The notes: a model not told the origin generated them from the letters alone. Positions 36,413 to 49,701 are shown, counted from the first letter of the whole stretch. The stretch is DNA of 53,530 nucleotides, filler included, from Sphacelaria rigidula (GCA_964200075.2; 4 parts of 4 records of this genome joined end to end with filler, not necessarily neighbours in it); one strand, 5' to 3'. Numbers and translations: made by a program.

Positions 36413-39024
36413 CTGAGACGGGGAGGTCAGGGCTAAAAAAAATAAAACGGTGCGCATTTCTGCACTAAACCCCCCCCCCAACACACCAGGCGCGGTCGCT
36501 GGAAAATACATATTCAAATGTTGGAGTCGGGGCGAGACGAAAGTTCACCGAGAAATAAAAATTCCAATACAGCGAGTCCACTCAACGATCAAAAAGGTTC
36601 TTCTGGCCAATGACAAATTATTCCCGACCGCGCGGCATTCCATAACCGCACACTATCATCACCTCGCTAACCCATACACCAACAGCAGCGCAGGCGTCGC
36701 ACATTCAATGACAGGCCACGCATCAGATGCTGCACCGTGTATGCACGGTTCCGCCCCCCCGGCCCCACAAACACAGAGAAACTAGTAGCCACCACCTGCG
36801 CAGTCATGGAGATTTTGCTTTTTGTACGCGTCCATCATGGGATGTCTGCATCTGTGGGCGACGAAAGGGGGGGCGAGATAATGGGGATGGGATGCACTGC
36901 CCGTGGTCCTATGACATGGTTGGGCGAGTTTCACGCCGGGCATCTCCGCATCATATTTCTCTCGGCGGTGTTGGTTGGTAATATCGTTGCTGCTGGCGTA
37001 CCACACAGATCTACCCAGAAGTCGATGTTTCCCCGTTCCGGGCCCAACCGGGATGCGTTCCGGCGCCCACCCCCGTGGAAACCACGCGCCAAATCACCAG
37101 TGCGCGCGGCGGACATTGCCTGCTCCTCTGTGGGATTCCGATGCGATCCCATGCCGGTCCGGAGGTGGGCAAAGCGATGCTCTTAAAATGGTAAGACATC
37201 GAGCCCATCATCGACCTGCGCGGACATCGCATCAGACACGTGCATTATCAACCTTTCAACCGCCCGATACGTGACGATCATGACAGATGGAGCACTGCGG
37301 GTGGTGCATCATCACCCCGCCTACATCCGCGCACCGCACTTGGTAGCATACTGTTTAACATGCATGAGGCGCCTCTTTCCAGTTCCGGCGATGTACACCG
37401 TATCACCCCCTAGCACTTGCTGGTGCAGGCTGTGTACTCACTGTTCGACGGGGTCTGCGCAACACCGCGATCAATGAGGTCAAGTTGACAAGCGTCATAA
37501 ACTGCGGGATAAAAGTAACCGTTGATATGAGCCCTACATAATCGCGTGTGGATGCCTACCTTGTGTTTGTGTCGAGGTAGGATATCATCCGCACTGTCGA
37601 CCTGTACCCCAGATAACACCCCTTCCTCATTATTTCTACTGAAATGTGGCGCAGCGGTCAAACGGATCTGGTTACAGCTCCGATACTGTACTCGATGAAT
37701 GCTGATATGGAGTCAAGCCGAGTAGTGGAACGTGGGAGTAGTCAAGCAGGCAGCGGCGTACCTCTCTGTGAGATGCTCCAAACCCAAAGGAGTGGAGGAT
37801 CTCGCAACCTCGAACCCGCTTCTACTCCGGCTCTCTCTTCCGGGCACTGGTCGAGGGCGTTGGTCGAGTGCGGTCGACGCTAGCTGCCGCTCCTTCGCGA
37901 ACCGTACAAGTCAATGGTCGCAGCGCACAAGATAGGAATCCGGCGGCATTCGCGTTCGGCCAGATGAGGGCGTTCGCGCGATGAGGTCGCGAGCAACGGG
38001 CACATCAACGGCACGGTGTCATGAATGCATAACGAGGACACTACCGAGAGGGGTCGATGAGGGAGGCCTCAGCCCCCCACTCGTACTGTACATGCGGTGC
38101 AACAATCCAGTACAGCACGATTGCACTGCATAGTCGGGCCGTTGCTCAAGGTATAGCGCAACTTATACTCCATGCACTACATGTGTATGTATACATACAT
38201 ATATCATCGACAAAATAGCGCCGAGGAAATTGAGTATATGTCAAACAGTACAGGCAGTATCACAGCACACCAACACAGGCGACTCGTTTGACCGTTTAGC
38301 AGGATCCTCTAGCGTGCAACAAGACCCTGGGGGATCTCACGCAGATAATACGCGCCGTTCTCGACGCACTGCGGGTCGATCGTCCCCATCATTTGCACAG
38401 CACCGGCCAAGTACATGACCAAGCACCTGGCGCCGCCGTTTCTTCAACCCACATACGAGCAACTCGAATACACTGGCTGCACGTGAGGGGCATGCGGCTG
38501 CGGACTGCTGCGCGTAGAGCACACACATGCCGCTGGAGGCAACGCTCTCGCCACTCACCGGATGTATTGAGAAGTTTCGACTTGCTCATTTGCTTCCACC
38601 CGTTGTAGCAATAGCCTTGTGCACTCCTCACGTTCTTCCGTCCGATGGTGCTGCGGCGGTAGCTATTGACGTGATGTGCAACTATGCCCGGTCTGCGGTG
38701 CTTGCCGCATGCGGCTGTCGTGTTCTAAAAATCCCCAATCCGGAGCACAGTAGTGGGTCACAGCCCACTGTTTTTATTAATAGTTTAGTATGGGATAATC
38801 GGAAAAGAAACAAGTGCACTTGATACGTATAAGCCGGTATGTTATCAAACCTTTCACGGTTCGGACGAATCATCGCCGGTTCGAATCACCAAATCCACGA
38901 TTTATTAGGCCTGATTGCTCGACAGAGAGGAAAAAGTCGACCGCTGGTCAAGCAGGTCTCCACACGCAACTTTTGCACCATTATACGTGCCTGGGCTGCG
39001 CGTAACGCTGAAAACAGAGCCTAA

Positions 39025-39814
39025 GGGCGTGTCTTAGCACCCTTTTTTTCCGATCGAAAAAGTGCGATCGAATTTATTTTCGTCCATCTGATTGGTCCAC
39101 CGCATTTATGTTCCTCGAACGCTTCAACTCAAAATTATAATTAGCGGCGCGCGGAGAAGAATGCAATGAGTAAAAAAACATATTTTTTCGATCGAAAACA
39201 TGCAGTTGAAAGGCACGAAGCGGCACTTGACTCTTATCTTACAGACCACCACGCCAAATAACACCCGTTCACAGGGCCATGCGAACTCCATCCAACTCAT
39301 TCTCAGCCACCACCGCAACCCTGCAGCATAGAGCACGAGTTGAGCACCGCGATAGATACATGAAAGTAGTTGGGTAGTGCTTTGTTTATTTTTTGTTGGC
39401 GAAAACTTGCGCATCTTCTCTCACAGTAGTCATCAGGGACGGAACTGCGTGGTACGGTGGGCAACGGAGTTGCGTGCACGCTCATCATGGACAATGCAGG
39501 CAGTACAAAGCTGCACGTTGCTGAAGTTATTTTCAAGTAGCATTGTAAGCAGAGAGAACTGATAGTCTTGGGGCTGTGTGCACTGCACATTGTCCACTTC
39601 CCCTATATCTTCTCCTGCACGAAGCACGTACACACGCACTCAAGACACCCTACTTGCAAGCAGTGCAAACAGTACAGCCCTTGTACCGTTTCACGAATTT
39701 CATAATCTTTTTCGATCGAAAGCTTGAAAATCCATCCGGACCCAACTGCTCGGATCGATTCCACCGCCTCATTTTTTCGATCGAAAAGAAAAGTGCTACA
39801 AGTAAGACAGGCCC
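39025..39814. mobile_element. PIF/Harbinger-type MITE
   Basis: TAA|GGGCGTGTCTTA ... TAAGACAGGCCC|TAA, with repeated TTTTCGATCGAAAA palindromes near both ends. Confidence 0.8.
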
Positions 39815-39856
39815 TAAGGATTGATTCGTACAGTACGAATCAATTAAACTAACGCC

Positions 39857-40018
39857 AACTCTTATGGGAGCGTTTAGAATTTTATTTTGCAATAATTTTC
39901 AAGGACTTTTTTTTTTCTTTGCCGTAGTTGTGTATTTTGTGCCCGTTCACCATGATGAAGAAAAAAAAATCCTCTGTAATTGTTGCAAAATAATTTTTCA
40001 AACGCTCCCATAAGAGTT
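39857..40018. repeat. Small palindromic MITE-like element
   Basis: AACTCTTATGGGAGCGTTT ... AAACGCTCCCATAAGAGTT, with further imperfect inner pairing. Confidence 0.7.
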
Positions 40019-40054
40019 TCTTTGAAATCAAGTAATTTCCGGACGAATCATTAA

Positions 40055-40124
40055 CCCTTTTGGGACTGGGCCTCCAGAACGACCAACGAGGCTGGTTAAG
40101 AATGACGTGTCCTGCATATACATG
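40055..40124. mobile_element. piggyBac-type element end, same family as 9974-11116, truncated by contig end
   Basis: TTAA|CCCTTTTGGGACTGGGCCTCCAGAACGACCAACGAGGCTGG matches the reverse complement of ~11050-11120. Confidence 0.8.
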
Positions 40125-40224
40125 NNNNNNNNNNNNNNNNNNNNNNNNNNNNNNNNNNNNNNNNNNNNTTAATTAATTAANNNNNNNNNNNNNNNNNNNN
40201 NNNNNNNNNNNNNNNNNNNNNNNN
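40125..40224. other. Artificial contig spacer
   Basis: N44-TTAATTAATTAA-N44. Confidence 0.97.
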
Positions 40225-40394
40225 CATCCCGAGGAAGGGGAGGGATTCAAAGTGTGAGGAAAAAATAAAAATAAAAGTATTACTGTAATGTATACCCTGT
40301 ACTGCTACCCGTTCTCCCAAATGAGGCAGCAGCCGCTACTTGAACACTATTCAGCTCGAGACATGGGGCCATGATCATGAACGGGCACATTTTA

Positions 40395-40495
40395 CCCTTA
40401 TACCGCTATGTGGGTGGTCAACCTGGATCATGCACACTTTTTCCAAGCGAGATTAATGCCGATTATGCAGGTGACCTACCCTTGCGGTCAAAGGG
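40395..40495. mobile_element. piggyBac-type mini-MITE related to 10436-10533
   Basis: Right end CAGGTGACCTACCCTTGCGGTCAAAGGG|TTAA; degenerate left end TTTA|CCCTT. A further fragment lies at ~42734. Confidence 0.6.
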
Positions 40496-42074
40496 TTAAG
40501 CGTGTGATAAATCCTACTGTAGGCGAGTAATGCTGTCTGTGCCTGTACCGCCGTACTGACTTGTGCCGAAATAGAGCCAGCGCGGGCGTCTGTCTGAAAC
40601 ATGAAGCGGCCCTAACTTAGACATTGGATGTACATCGTGGCTGCTGTTTACTATTGTTGTCTGCACGATCGCCTGTAGTTCATCTGTGTCCACTTCTCAA
40701 TTGCAATACATGCTGGTATTCACAGCTGTACTGCTGTTCCATATCGTCGTGACATATCGATCAACGCAGCACTGTTGGCGTCCTGTACGCTGTACAACAC
40801 TGTAGTGTTGTGCTGTACTATGAGAAGAGTGCCTTCTGCGAATGTGTCGAGGGGTGTGGGAAGGGGGGAAATGAGCGGATCAGTTTTTGTGCATGACATC
40901 TCCATCACAACATGGCCGTCAAGACATAATCTCGCATAGAGACTGCCAGCCATACCATCGAATTGTAAGGTGCAGTTCGCGTTTGCACCTGGTGCTGCTC
41001 GGCATAAGGGCCGTGACTGCTGCTGCTGCTCGTTCGTGCATATTACTCTACTATTTCAGCCGTGGTGACCGGAAAGTCTCCTGGGTGTTCGCATCGTCCT
41101 CACCTATCAACAGTAGTAGTACTCCTGGCGACTGCTTTGCACCGACGGTAGGCTGGATCTTCGGGTGAGCTCACGCGATATTCTACGAGCTTGTCGATTC
41201 TCTATACGTATATGGGGCCGTGGGGCGGTGGGAAGCTGTGAACTGAGGAGTAGTGTGTAGTGGCAAATGGGCACGCACATGTGCCGAAGCAAATTGACCA
41301 GTGATACAAATAGGAACGGTTCTTGGGATGGTTCTCAAAAAGTGCTACGCATATGTCCGCGATTTGCCCGCAGATACAGTATTATTAGAAAATTTCCGTG
41401 TCTTTATCGAAACCAAAAAAAGAAGCAGAGAAAAAGAGCATCCATAAGAAGAAAAAGCAGGTTATCGATTAATCGCCGCAGTCATGGATCCGCCCGTGCA
41501 AGTCTGTATAGGAGCAGATTGTATGTAGGTTGCAGAAGCACTCCGGCAACTCAGTTTTTGATAGCTGCATTTGTCCGCGATTTGCCCGCAGCGGCTCAGT
41601 TTTGATAGCTGCGTTTCCCCGTGCTCCAAGCAAGAAGGAATGATCACACCAAAAATCAGCGCCATCCGCTACTACATTAATATTGTGACAGGGTGCCGCT
41701 TAAACTTTAGGGTTGATATCTTTCCATTCATCACGCTGGGGATCTACTCGACAGAGCGTTTAATCGACGAGAAAACATCTGACCGGGCTGTTGATTGAGT
41801 AGATGGACATTTGCACGGTTCGGACGAAAAAAATAAATAATTCGTCATTCGACTCAATTCAACATTCTGGACGATTCGATCTTACGATTCGTGCATACAA
41901 GTTTCAATTTGTGTACATATGCTTTGGGTTCGTGATTTGCACGGCACCACGTCTTCAAGTCTTCGAGTGTACAGCGCACATTCCCAGTTCGTGGTTCGTG
42001 CGGTACACCGTCGAAGGTATACACGTTTCCTACCTTCCATTCGTATGGTTTAAATAATAATATGCACTAGTACA

Positions 42075-42290
42075 TGTTTCCCCCCCATTTTTGCATTCAT
42101 CCAGCATGAATCATAGACATCCCTTCCCCACCTCCCATTCACACTTCGAGGTGAATCAAGCGTACATGGTTCCACATTTCCCTTCATGCAGCATGAATCA
42201 TACGTATATGTCTCCCACTTTCTATTCATACGAGGTGAATCAAGCGCACATATTTATTTCACAATTTCAATTCATGCGGCATGAATCATA
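42075..42290. repeat. ~40-bp tandem repeat with A-B-A-B-A alternation
   Basis: TTCATNCRGCATGAATCATA alternates with TTCA..CGAGGTGAATCAAGCG. Confidence 0.75.
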
Positions 42291-42983
42291 ATTTCTATAA
42301 ATCTGGAGCTGACCACTGCTGCTAGGGAACACCAGACCCTCCTTCACTGGCAAGCTAGTGCAGGAGAGTGATGCTACGGCAGGGGTGCACAATTATTTTC
42401 TGAGGTTAGAACTGTTAGGAGCCCCTCATCTCATCAAACACACGACTTGTGAAAATGTGAGAGTACGCCAGGCCTACTATTCCAATGTGCGAGGGATATC
42501 CCGAATGGATTGGCAAACGGGGATGCCCTGACCCATATTCTTGTACAGGTAGAATCGTTAGGAGCCCCTGAAACCAGACATGATTATGCGCAAAAAGTAC
42601 ACGCCTACCGTAGTAGCATTGCTCAGAAGGCGTATCATGTTTGATGCCTCGTGAAAGGCCTGGAGGGGCATTTTCGGCAGTGAAGGGGTTTCAGGTACTA
42701 ACCAAACACTCATTTCTAGATATCTGCAGTCCACCCTTTGACCGCGAGGGTGCCGTCGTCCGGATCATGTGGCAATTTTTCGAGCAAAATCATATTTGTT
42801 CAACAGATGACCACTGCTGGCGACCGAAGGGTGAGCAGGCAATCCTGAAAGATGGGAACGGGAGTCTATAGCAACGAACTGATGAGGTGGCAATTACACC
42901 ATCATTTTGGACCTAGTACCCGTATCCGTAAAAAAAGGCTGCTTCTTCCCGTGGAAAATACTATATCGCAGTTTCTAGTATTA

Positions 42984-43203
42984 CACACGCAGCCATTTGG
43001 CTACCTCCGAAATTCCTCCAGATGGGTAACCTTTTCGAGCTTCCAGAGGAATCAAACGCCTCCGGAGGGGTGCGCAGCCCTCCAGGTCGGTAGTGTTTGG
43101 TTTCCTCCAGAATGATTGAAGGCCCCCGGAGGCTTGTTTTGCCTCTGGAGGGCCGCGCATCCCTCCGGAGGAATTTCGTGTGGTGGTCAAATGGCCGCGT
43201 GTG
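42984..43203. mobile_element. ~220-bp MITE with ~40-bp TIR
   Basis: CACACGCAGCCATTTGGCTACCTCCGAAATTCCTCC vs reverse complement CACACGCGGCCATTTGACCACCACACGAAATTCCTCC. Internal CCTCC/GGAGG motifs. Confidence 0.7.
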
Positions 43204-43590
43204 CACCTGTTACTTCCCATTTTGTCTACAATACCCGTCGATGACAAGACAGGATTGGGAGCAGAAGAAAGGGTTCGGACCAGAAGCAGTAGCAAGTTAC
43301 TGGAACTGCAGACCCGAGCGTCTATCGAGTGTGTTTTTGTCTATTTCCTTCCATCTTGGATGCCTGCACTTTCCAACATATGATGGTGCAACAGCCAGGG
43401 CCATACAGGAAGGTCACACCGAAAATTTTTCTTCGCCGTATTCCCTTGTTTGACTTCATTTTCATCGTAATGAGGGTTCGATTGTCCCTTCGCCCCGTCG
43501 ATATTTCAATCGTATCTCGTTCACTAGCGAAATGATGGCTTCGCACCGTCCGTTGGTCAGACTGTTGGGAAAAAAACGTATGGGCCTCCA

Positions 43591-43668
43591 CCGGTGATCG
43601 AATTCACGACCCAACCGCCACAACGATTTCCAGGTTACCAACTGCAGATGTACCGCCGGGGCGACCGT
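43591..43668 (-). mobile_element. Degenerate SINE head
   Basis: GGTTACCAACTG...CCGGGGCGACCG is the reverse complement of the SINE head. Confidence 0.55.
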
Positions 43669-44598
43669 CTCTTCACACCATGGAGTGCGACGAATGATCC
43701 GACGGTTACTACTGTACCACTCTAGGCCTCAGTGGGTCAACACACACAGATGTTTATCGAATTACGTTGTACAGTGAACACTGACATTCCGCTGGCTCAC
43801 CCTCTTTCCGTCCGTCTTGAATATCCATGGTTACATCGAGGGATAGCATAACACCCGCGATGATGTCCAGGATACACCATCACAATGATGCAACATAGTA
43901 GAGGTGGAGCATGCCTCAAATTGGTGGGAAAGACAATTACAAAAATCAGATCCGCTTTTTATGAACACCTCCGTATTTCGTTCTCTCCATCACACGGCAC
44001 ATCGACATGTGACAACAAGTTTCATGTTGGAAAGCGCCAAAGAGCGCGAGAGCAGGGAGAAAATATCCAAAATGGACTCCAAGCATCCCCTCAGGTTTGC
44101 GAACTCCAACACAAAAATGGGCAGCTGACTTGTCACCGAGAACTTGAGCGTATCGACCACAACGCGGACATCAACAGCGCAGCTGAGCTACCCAAACAAA
44201 ACACGCGTCGAGTTCGGCCGTACATATCCTCCCGATGCTGCAAATCAAGGGAAACGTGGACGCCGAAAAACCGGGTTTCATCCTCCTCGGAATCTGATCA
44301 CCAAATATCATAGGCTAAAAAAACGTGACTATTTTTCAAGTGCTGAGGTTCTCCGCTCCCACGTTTCTTACATGTCCCAACCGCTAACCAACACAAGACT
44401 AACCGAGGAGAACTGAAATCTAACAACAGAAAAAAACACCTACCGCACGAGTCCCCCCCCCCCCTCCCACCTTCGCAAAACTGTTACTACTTAATTGGAA
44501 CAAACGAAATTAGCACGTAATTGACGAGAGAGGCTTGCTTGCTTTTCCCGTTGGTATTCCGTTCTCTGCTTTGCTTCCCTCGAATCCTTCGCTCTTGC

Positions 44599-46721
44599 TT
44601 AGTTGAAGTCGTACGAAGCACCGACGAGGTCGTTGATGATGTAGGGCTGGTTGGACAACTTCTCGTGAACCATCATGGCCATGATGCCCATCTGCGCCGC
44701 ACGGCCGTTGTTGAGCTCGATCGCGCGCTTTGAGGCCTGGGTCTCCTCAGACATAGCATCCCAGGACCATGCGAAAGGGTTTCTGCCTGCATCATCAAAT
44801 CCAACCACGGTATATTTTTTCAAAGCCAACATATTTTATACTTCAGTACTCATTTTGTCGAATGAGCTGCTCCTGAGGCCCAGATAACTTCGGGGGGGAG
44901 GGCTGCTCATCTGTTGCTTGCCTTGGTCGTTTGACCACTGAGAACGCATCCCTTTCGAGACGGAGCACCCTTCCTACTCCTGGTAAGGAACCTCCAACAT
45001 TTCGGTGCTCAGTACGTGTCTTCCATATATTATACAAAAACCGTGAACTCACCCTATCCCCGTCCTGTGTCGCCTTCTGTGGCCACCACCTATCTCCGAG
45101 TATAGCCATTGTTTTATCCCTACTTCCTCCTCTTCTCGACTGCTGGTATATCTCTTTTCATTATTCTGGCAGGTCCAGGTCCCCCACCCGAAATCGCAGG
45201 GGTTTTTTTCTCGTCGCGTTCACTCAAGAGGGGGGGGGGGCAGGGGGGGGGGAATGTTACATTCAGTTGAGCTTCTTTTCTTCATCCATTGGAAGGAACT
45301 GTAGCGACAGTATGATCTTGGAGCCTCCAAGGACAACAGCGGCGCTTCAGGTGAAACCTGTCAGCATACGTTTGGGTGCATGACCTCCCTCAAGAAGCAG
45401 CATATGCTAGACGTGCGGTGGCGCACATGGAGGAAGAGCGCAGTGACAGCCAACATCACTCCCTTACACACAACGAAAAAGTAGTCCCCAACTCCTGTGA
45501 CATAACTATTCATTCTGGTCATCACGCGCACATCGCACGAGACTGTCAGCAACTCCTTTCCCGACACGAAAAGTGCAACCAAGAAAAAAGAAAAACACCG
45601 CTCGTTATGGAGCAGAACCCCCAGAAACGTGACGCCAAGTTGCTCGTGACATTTGTCGGTCGGTTATCTGCTACCACCAAGTAAATCCCTTCAAGCCATT
45701 GGTCAAGTTGAGAGGTATCCGACAATACAACATCCACGACGCCGCCAAGAACTGACCGATGGTCATGTCTCCGGGGAAGGAACCCTCAACTTGCTTGAGT
45801 ACAAACAGCTCGTGAACGACGGTCGCCAAGATGATCTGCAGGGTGCCGAGTGGTGGGATCTTGGAGAAGGCAGCAAGTCCGTTGGGCACATCCGCGAATG
45901 CCAGCTTCTCCTTGAAGGAGATAAGCCCTGTTTTTAGGGGGTGATGGCAAACGCCAACATCAGCAGTCATCAGACACCATCATCGCAAAACAGAGTGGCG
46001 CATGACTCGTTTCATGGAGACCCCAGTGTCCATCGCGAAAAGCTTCGGTACGATTCCTAATTCGACCAAAGTGGGCACGCTGCACGAGTGTTTGATGTAA
46101 CGCTCGGTTATGAAGAACAACGCAAGTCGGTACCCGTGGAGGTATGGAAACAAATATTTGTCCGAGTACGGTCGAAAAACAACTGATTCATGATTTTGGA
46201 GCATGACCCAAGCACCAGCACCCTAATAGACCAGGGTGAGCAACTTGAGCGGGTGAGGAGATTACCCAAGCTGCCATTTGTATCCCTCCTGAAAATCCCC
46301 GCTGGAAATCGCCCACGTCTATTTTGGAGTGTCGCTCGAGGTTATATTCAGCCCTTGCAAGAGGCACCAACAGAGTCAGGACGTCAAACAGCATCACCAG
46401 TCGTCACCCGCTCCTGCCACTGTTGGAAAAAAAAAAGACAAATCGGTATTTCCCCTCGGAGTTGTTTTTTTCGTTTCTCCCTCACCTGAAAGCCTGTAGT
46501 TTAGCTGGACGATGTGGCCCAAGACGGCGAGCATAGCAATGTGGCCGTGCTCGATCCCGACATACCGGACGCAGTCAAATCCCTCGTGGTCACCGTCTGC
46601 TACCAGACCGAGAAGGTCCCAGACGCCGATCGGGGGCTGTGCGCCGATCTCACCCTCAAAATATATTTTCATAGCAGAGGACGTTCGAGTCTGGTTGCCG
46701 ATGGCGGTGCCGTTGAAGGCG
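44599..46721 (-). pseudogene. Lhcf: Fucoxanthin-chlorophyll a/c binding protein (LHCF/FCP), degenerate; exons 46721-46486, 45927-45757, 44786-44599
   Basis: Spliced: AFNG...FEGEIGAQPPIGVWDLLGL...YVGIEHGHIAMLAVLGH...VPNGLAAFSKIPPLGTLQI...FPGD...IELNNGRAAQMG...PYIINDL*. Frame is open and splice phases match. WDPLG has become WDLLG and EIKHGR has become GIEHGH. Signal-peptide exon not found. Identity is firm; pseudogene status is inferred. Confidence 0.85.
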
Positions 46722-49275
46722 CTGGGGAATAACAGACAGGGGCGGGCGGGCGGGTGGGGGAGCATCGACGGGAGGAGAAATTCGTTGAGTGTCGCCGAAC
46801 TACAGGCGGCATTCGTCCCACATTTCAACGACTTGCACTCTTGCACCGTGCGCTGCCCTCGAGTCTTGCATTGAAAAACATACGTTGGACTGACGTCGAA
46901 ATGTACAGCGAGTGGTGGGGCTGCTCATTGGCAGGGAATCTGACCGCAACGTCGCACCCTCATTGTACAGCATAGTTTCAGACTTGACGTTTTCATGTTC
47001 GGTACCACTTCGAGACGTGTCTCTTTCATTGTTGGTTGCGTGAAACATCAACCCAGGCAAATCAGAACATCCTCGACGAGAATCTCATGACGGGGTGAAT
47101 CGTTCTTCTGTCAGATTAATAAGGTTATTGGTGGCACTGGGTGGTACATGTTCCGTGGCCCATCATACTGTCTTCCCTGTTGGTCGCGACAGACTCTTCA
47201 ATTCTTCGGTCTGCAATCTTTACCTCAACTGTTCGCTCTCAGCCATGAGGATTCAACAACGGGGTCGGTGTTACAGTCATGAAAGAACCCCACGACAGGG
47301 CCGTATGGAATAGCATCGGGTCGAATTGACGCTACCAGCTCTTGTGAACAAATAGACGTTCCTACAGTGGTGTGCATGGAGTAAGGACAGAAAGCCGAGG
47401 AAAACAGGACGAGCCCTCCGGATTGTGTTTACAGTTCGAGTTCTTGGGAGCGAGTCTCTCCTCGAGTGGTTGTCGAGGTCAGCTATTCCGTGCCGTCTTT
47501 GCCTCGAGGCGAGATGTATGCCACAAGATGGGCCATGTACGTCATAATGAAACAGAATAAACAGCCGCATGGTGGAACGACTCGACGTTGACTTTACCCA
47601 CATGCCCATTGATTGGATCCCGAGGGTAAGTAACCTGGGGACGCGTTCGCTGATGGTTTCGAGGCGATCATGTTTCTCGTGGGTCGTGAGAAGTCTGTAC
47701 GCCAGATGTCACGATCGAGGTCATGGAAACGATATTCACCGACGCCGACAGCACTTAGTCACGATCAAGCCTGAAGACTGTAGCGTCCCACCAACTCTTT
47801 CAGGAGGTCTCCCTGTCTAGCACGAGCCGCGAAACGTCCCTGTACCAAGTGCAACTTTGACGGGACTATTCGTCAAGCCCCGGCATCATTTCGACAACGC
47901 AGAAAAAACACCCTCCACGGTTGGCGGGTGACGGATGCGCGTACCACAGCACACTACCTCCGTAAGGCAGCCTTCCGATGACAAGGGGGCGACACACTAG
48001 TGCTGGGCTTCAACGTGTGGTGAGTGAACGCTGTCTGTACCGTTAGGTACGCGACGAGTGCGGGATTCAGCTTGCGTACAACTCATGTCTACCACCGGCA
48101 GATGTACCGCCGACGACCGTATAGTTCTGACCGAAAGTTGCTGCTGAGCGTACCGTGATGAGCTCAAAATCGAGTCCTCATGCAGAATTGATATCGACAT
48201 GGTACATTCGGTGCGGTGCGAGATCTGAAATAGTAAAGCAGGGTAAGCCGAGACGGTACCGCGAACGACACATATATCTGGTACTGGTTCACCCTGGAAC
48301 AATGATGAGCCACAGCCCGATATGTTTGTCGGCAGGAATCCCAAGTTGTTCGATGCCCACGTACTCAAGGGTCACATGAGTTCTACAGCCGGAGGTGCGG
48401 ACAGTACAGCGGTTGTTGACGTTTCATAAAACGCGCGAGATATATCCTCGCAACGAACGGCGATTTCTCGAACCCCTTGTGTATGTCTGAACAAGTCCCC
48501 AGGGTCAGCGTCACGCTGAGGCGTGAGGTCAGCTATAGTACAGACAACATGTGTCAACACTGTTGCCACAAAGCACGCTGCAGCGATGTGCGTATGAAGG
48601 ATAACACAAAAACACCTCGAGAATTACGTATCGCACTACATATGACTCACGATACAGCCTCTTATAACCGCTTTGGACGGTCGTGGAAGACCTTGCTTCA
48701 AACAGACAGCACAAAGGAGTTTGCATCACCCTCCAAGCGTTCGTCTAGCGAAATGGGTGCTGTGCCTCGTGGAGTTGTGTACATATGTACTGTCTGTAAA
48801 CGAGAATCGGGGCCATGGTTGAGAGACCATATTTACTGTAACTACACAGCACCGGTTTTGAGCCAAGGATCATGACTTTGCTACACCTTCCGCAAACTGT
48901 CGTTTTGGTGTGCTGTCCTCCTCTTCACCCTCAAATCTGGTTAGATAAGGCAACCTCCAACCTCGGCAGCATGTACAGCGTGCACTCGCGCCGTCGCAAC
49001 TGCTGGATCTCATTAGAGGCTGATGACACGAGGATTTTTCCTTTCTGTGAGGCCTTCACTACACTGCACTGCACTGTTCAGAGGTACAGCGTACTGTGCT
49101 GTAGTGTGCAGACGATGTTGTATCGTTGTGTGATCAACAGAGTAGTGTGGACAACAGTCAGTAGTAGCCTCGTTGCACTGTCCACTACACATGGCGACGA
49201 TGGTCCTTCTACTGCAAACGGTACACCCTCAAAACGTTCGCAGACGAGGTATGGGATCTCCACAACTCTCCACGT

Positions 49276-49335
49276 CTACCATGAGAGCATGCGCACTACG
49301 GGTACCTACCATGAGAGCATGCGCACTACGGGTAC
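49276..49335. repeat. Perfect 30-bp tandem duplication
   Basis: CTACCATGAGAGCATGCGCACTACGGGTAC x2. Confidence 0.95.
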
Positions 49336-49701
49336 ACTCATACGGCACTTTCATGAATCCCTCCCCTCCCTTGGGACAAGTCCGTAGCCTCTCTCAATCA
49401 AGGGATCAACACTTCTCTTCTCTTCCCCTTGGTAGCCTGCCTCGCATTTTGATATCGCGGATTGGATCGGCACTCCCACACCGTCTTGACTGTCGTCGAT
49501 TTTTATTTCGCTACTCGTTTCCTGACATTCCCAACAAAAGGAACCACAACATTTTGAAACAAAATACATCTGTCCTACGTCAACCCCTCCTGTCCCCCTC
49601 CAATCGTTAGGTCGAACCAACTAAACATGTTTTGTATTGGTTAACGGTAAACCACTGGGACGCGGCGGCACTGTACGACACATACGCGGGATTCCAATTA
49701 C

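Larger units (their letters stand above)
28172..38761. mobile_element. ~10.6-kb long-TIR DNA transposon, probably Mutator/Foldback-like
   Basis: Left TIR (28172-28729 plus 29859-~29995, split by a MITE) is the inverted copy of ~38075-38761. The ORF track shows near-identical mirrored translations (28047-/38527+, 28372+/38337-). Two convergent decayed coding regions lie inside. TSD not resolved. Confidence 0.8.

Noticed and set aside
28172-38761. Polinton/Maverick or endogenous virus interpretation of the long-TIR element
   Set aside because: No pPolB, integrase, ATPase or capsid motifs were seen, and no (AG)n-type termini.
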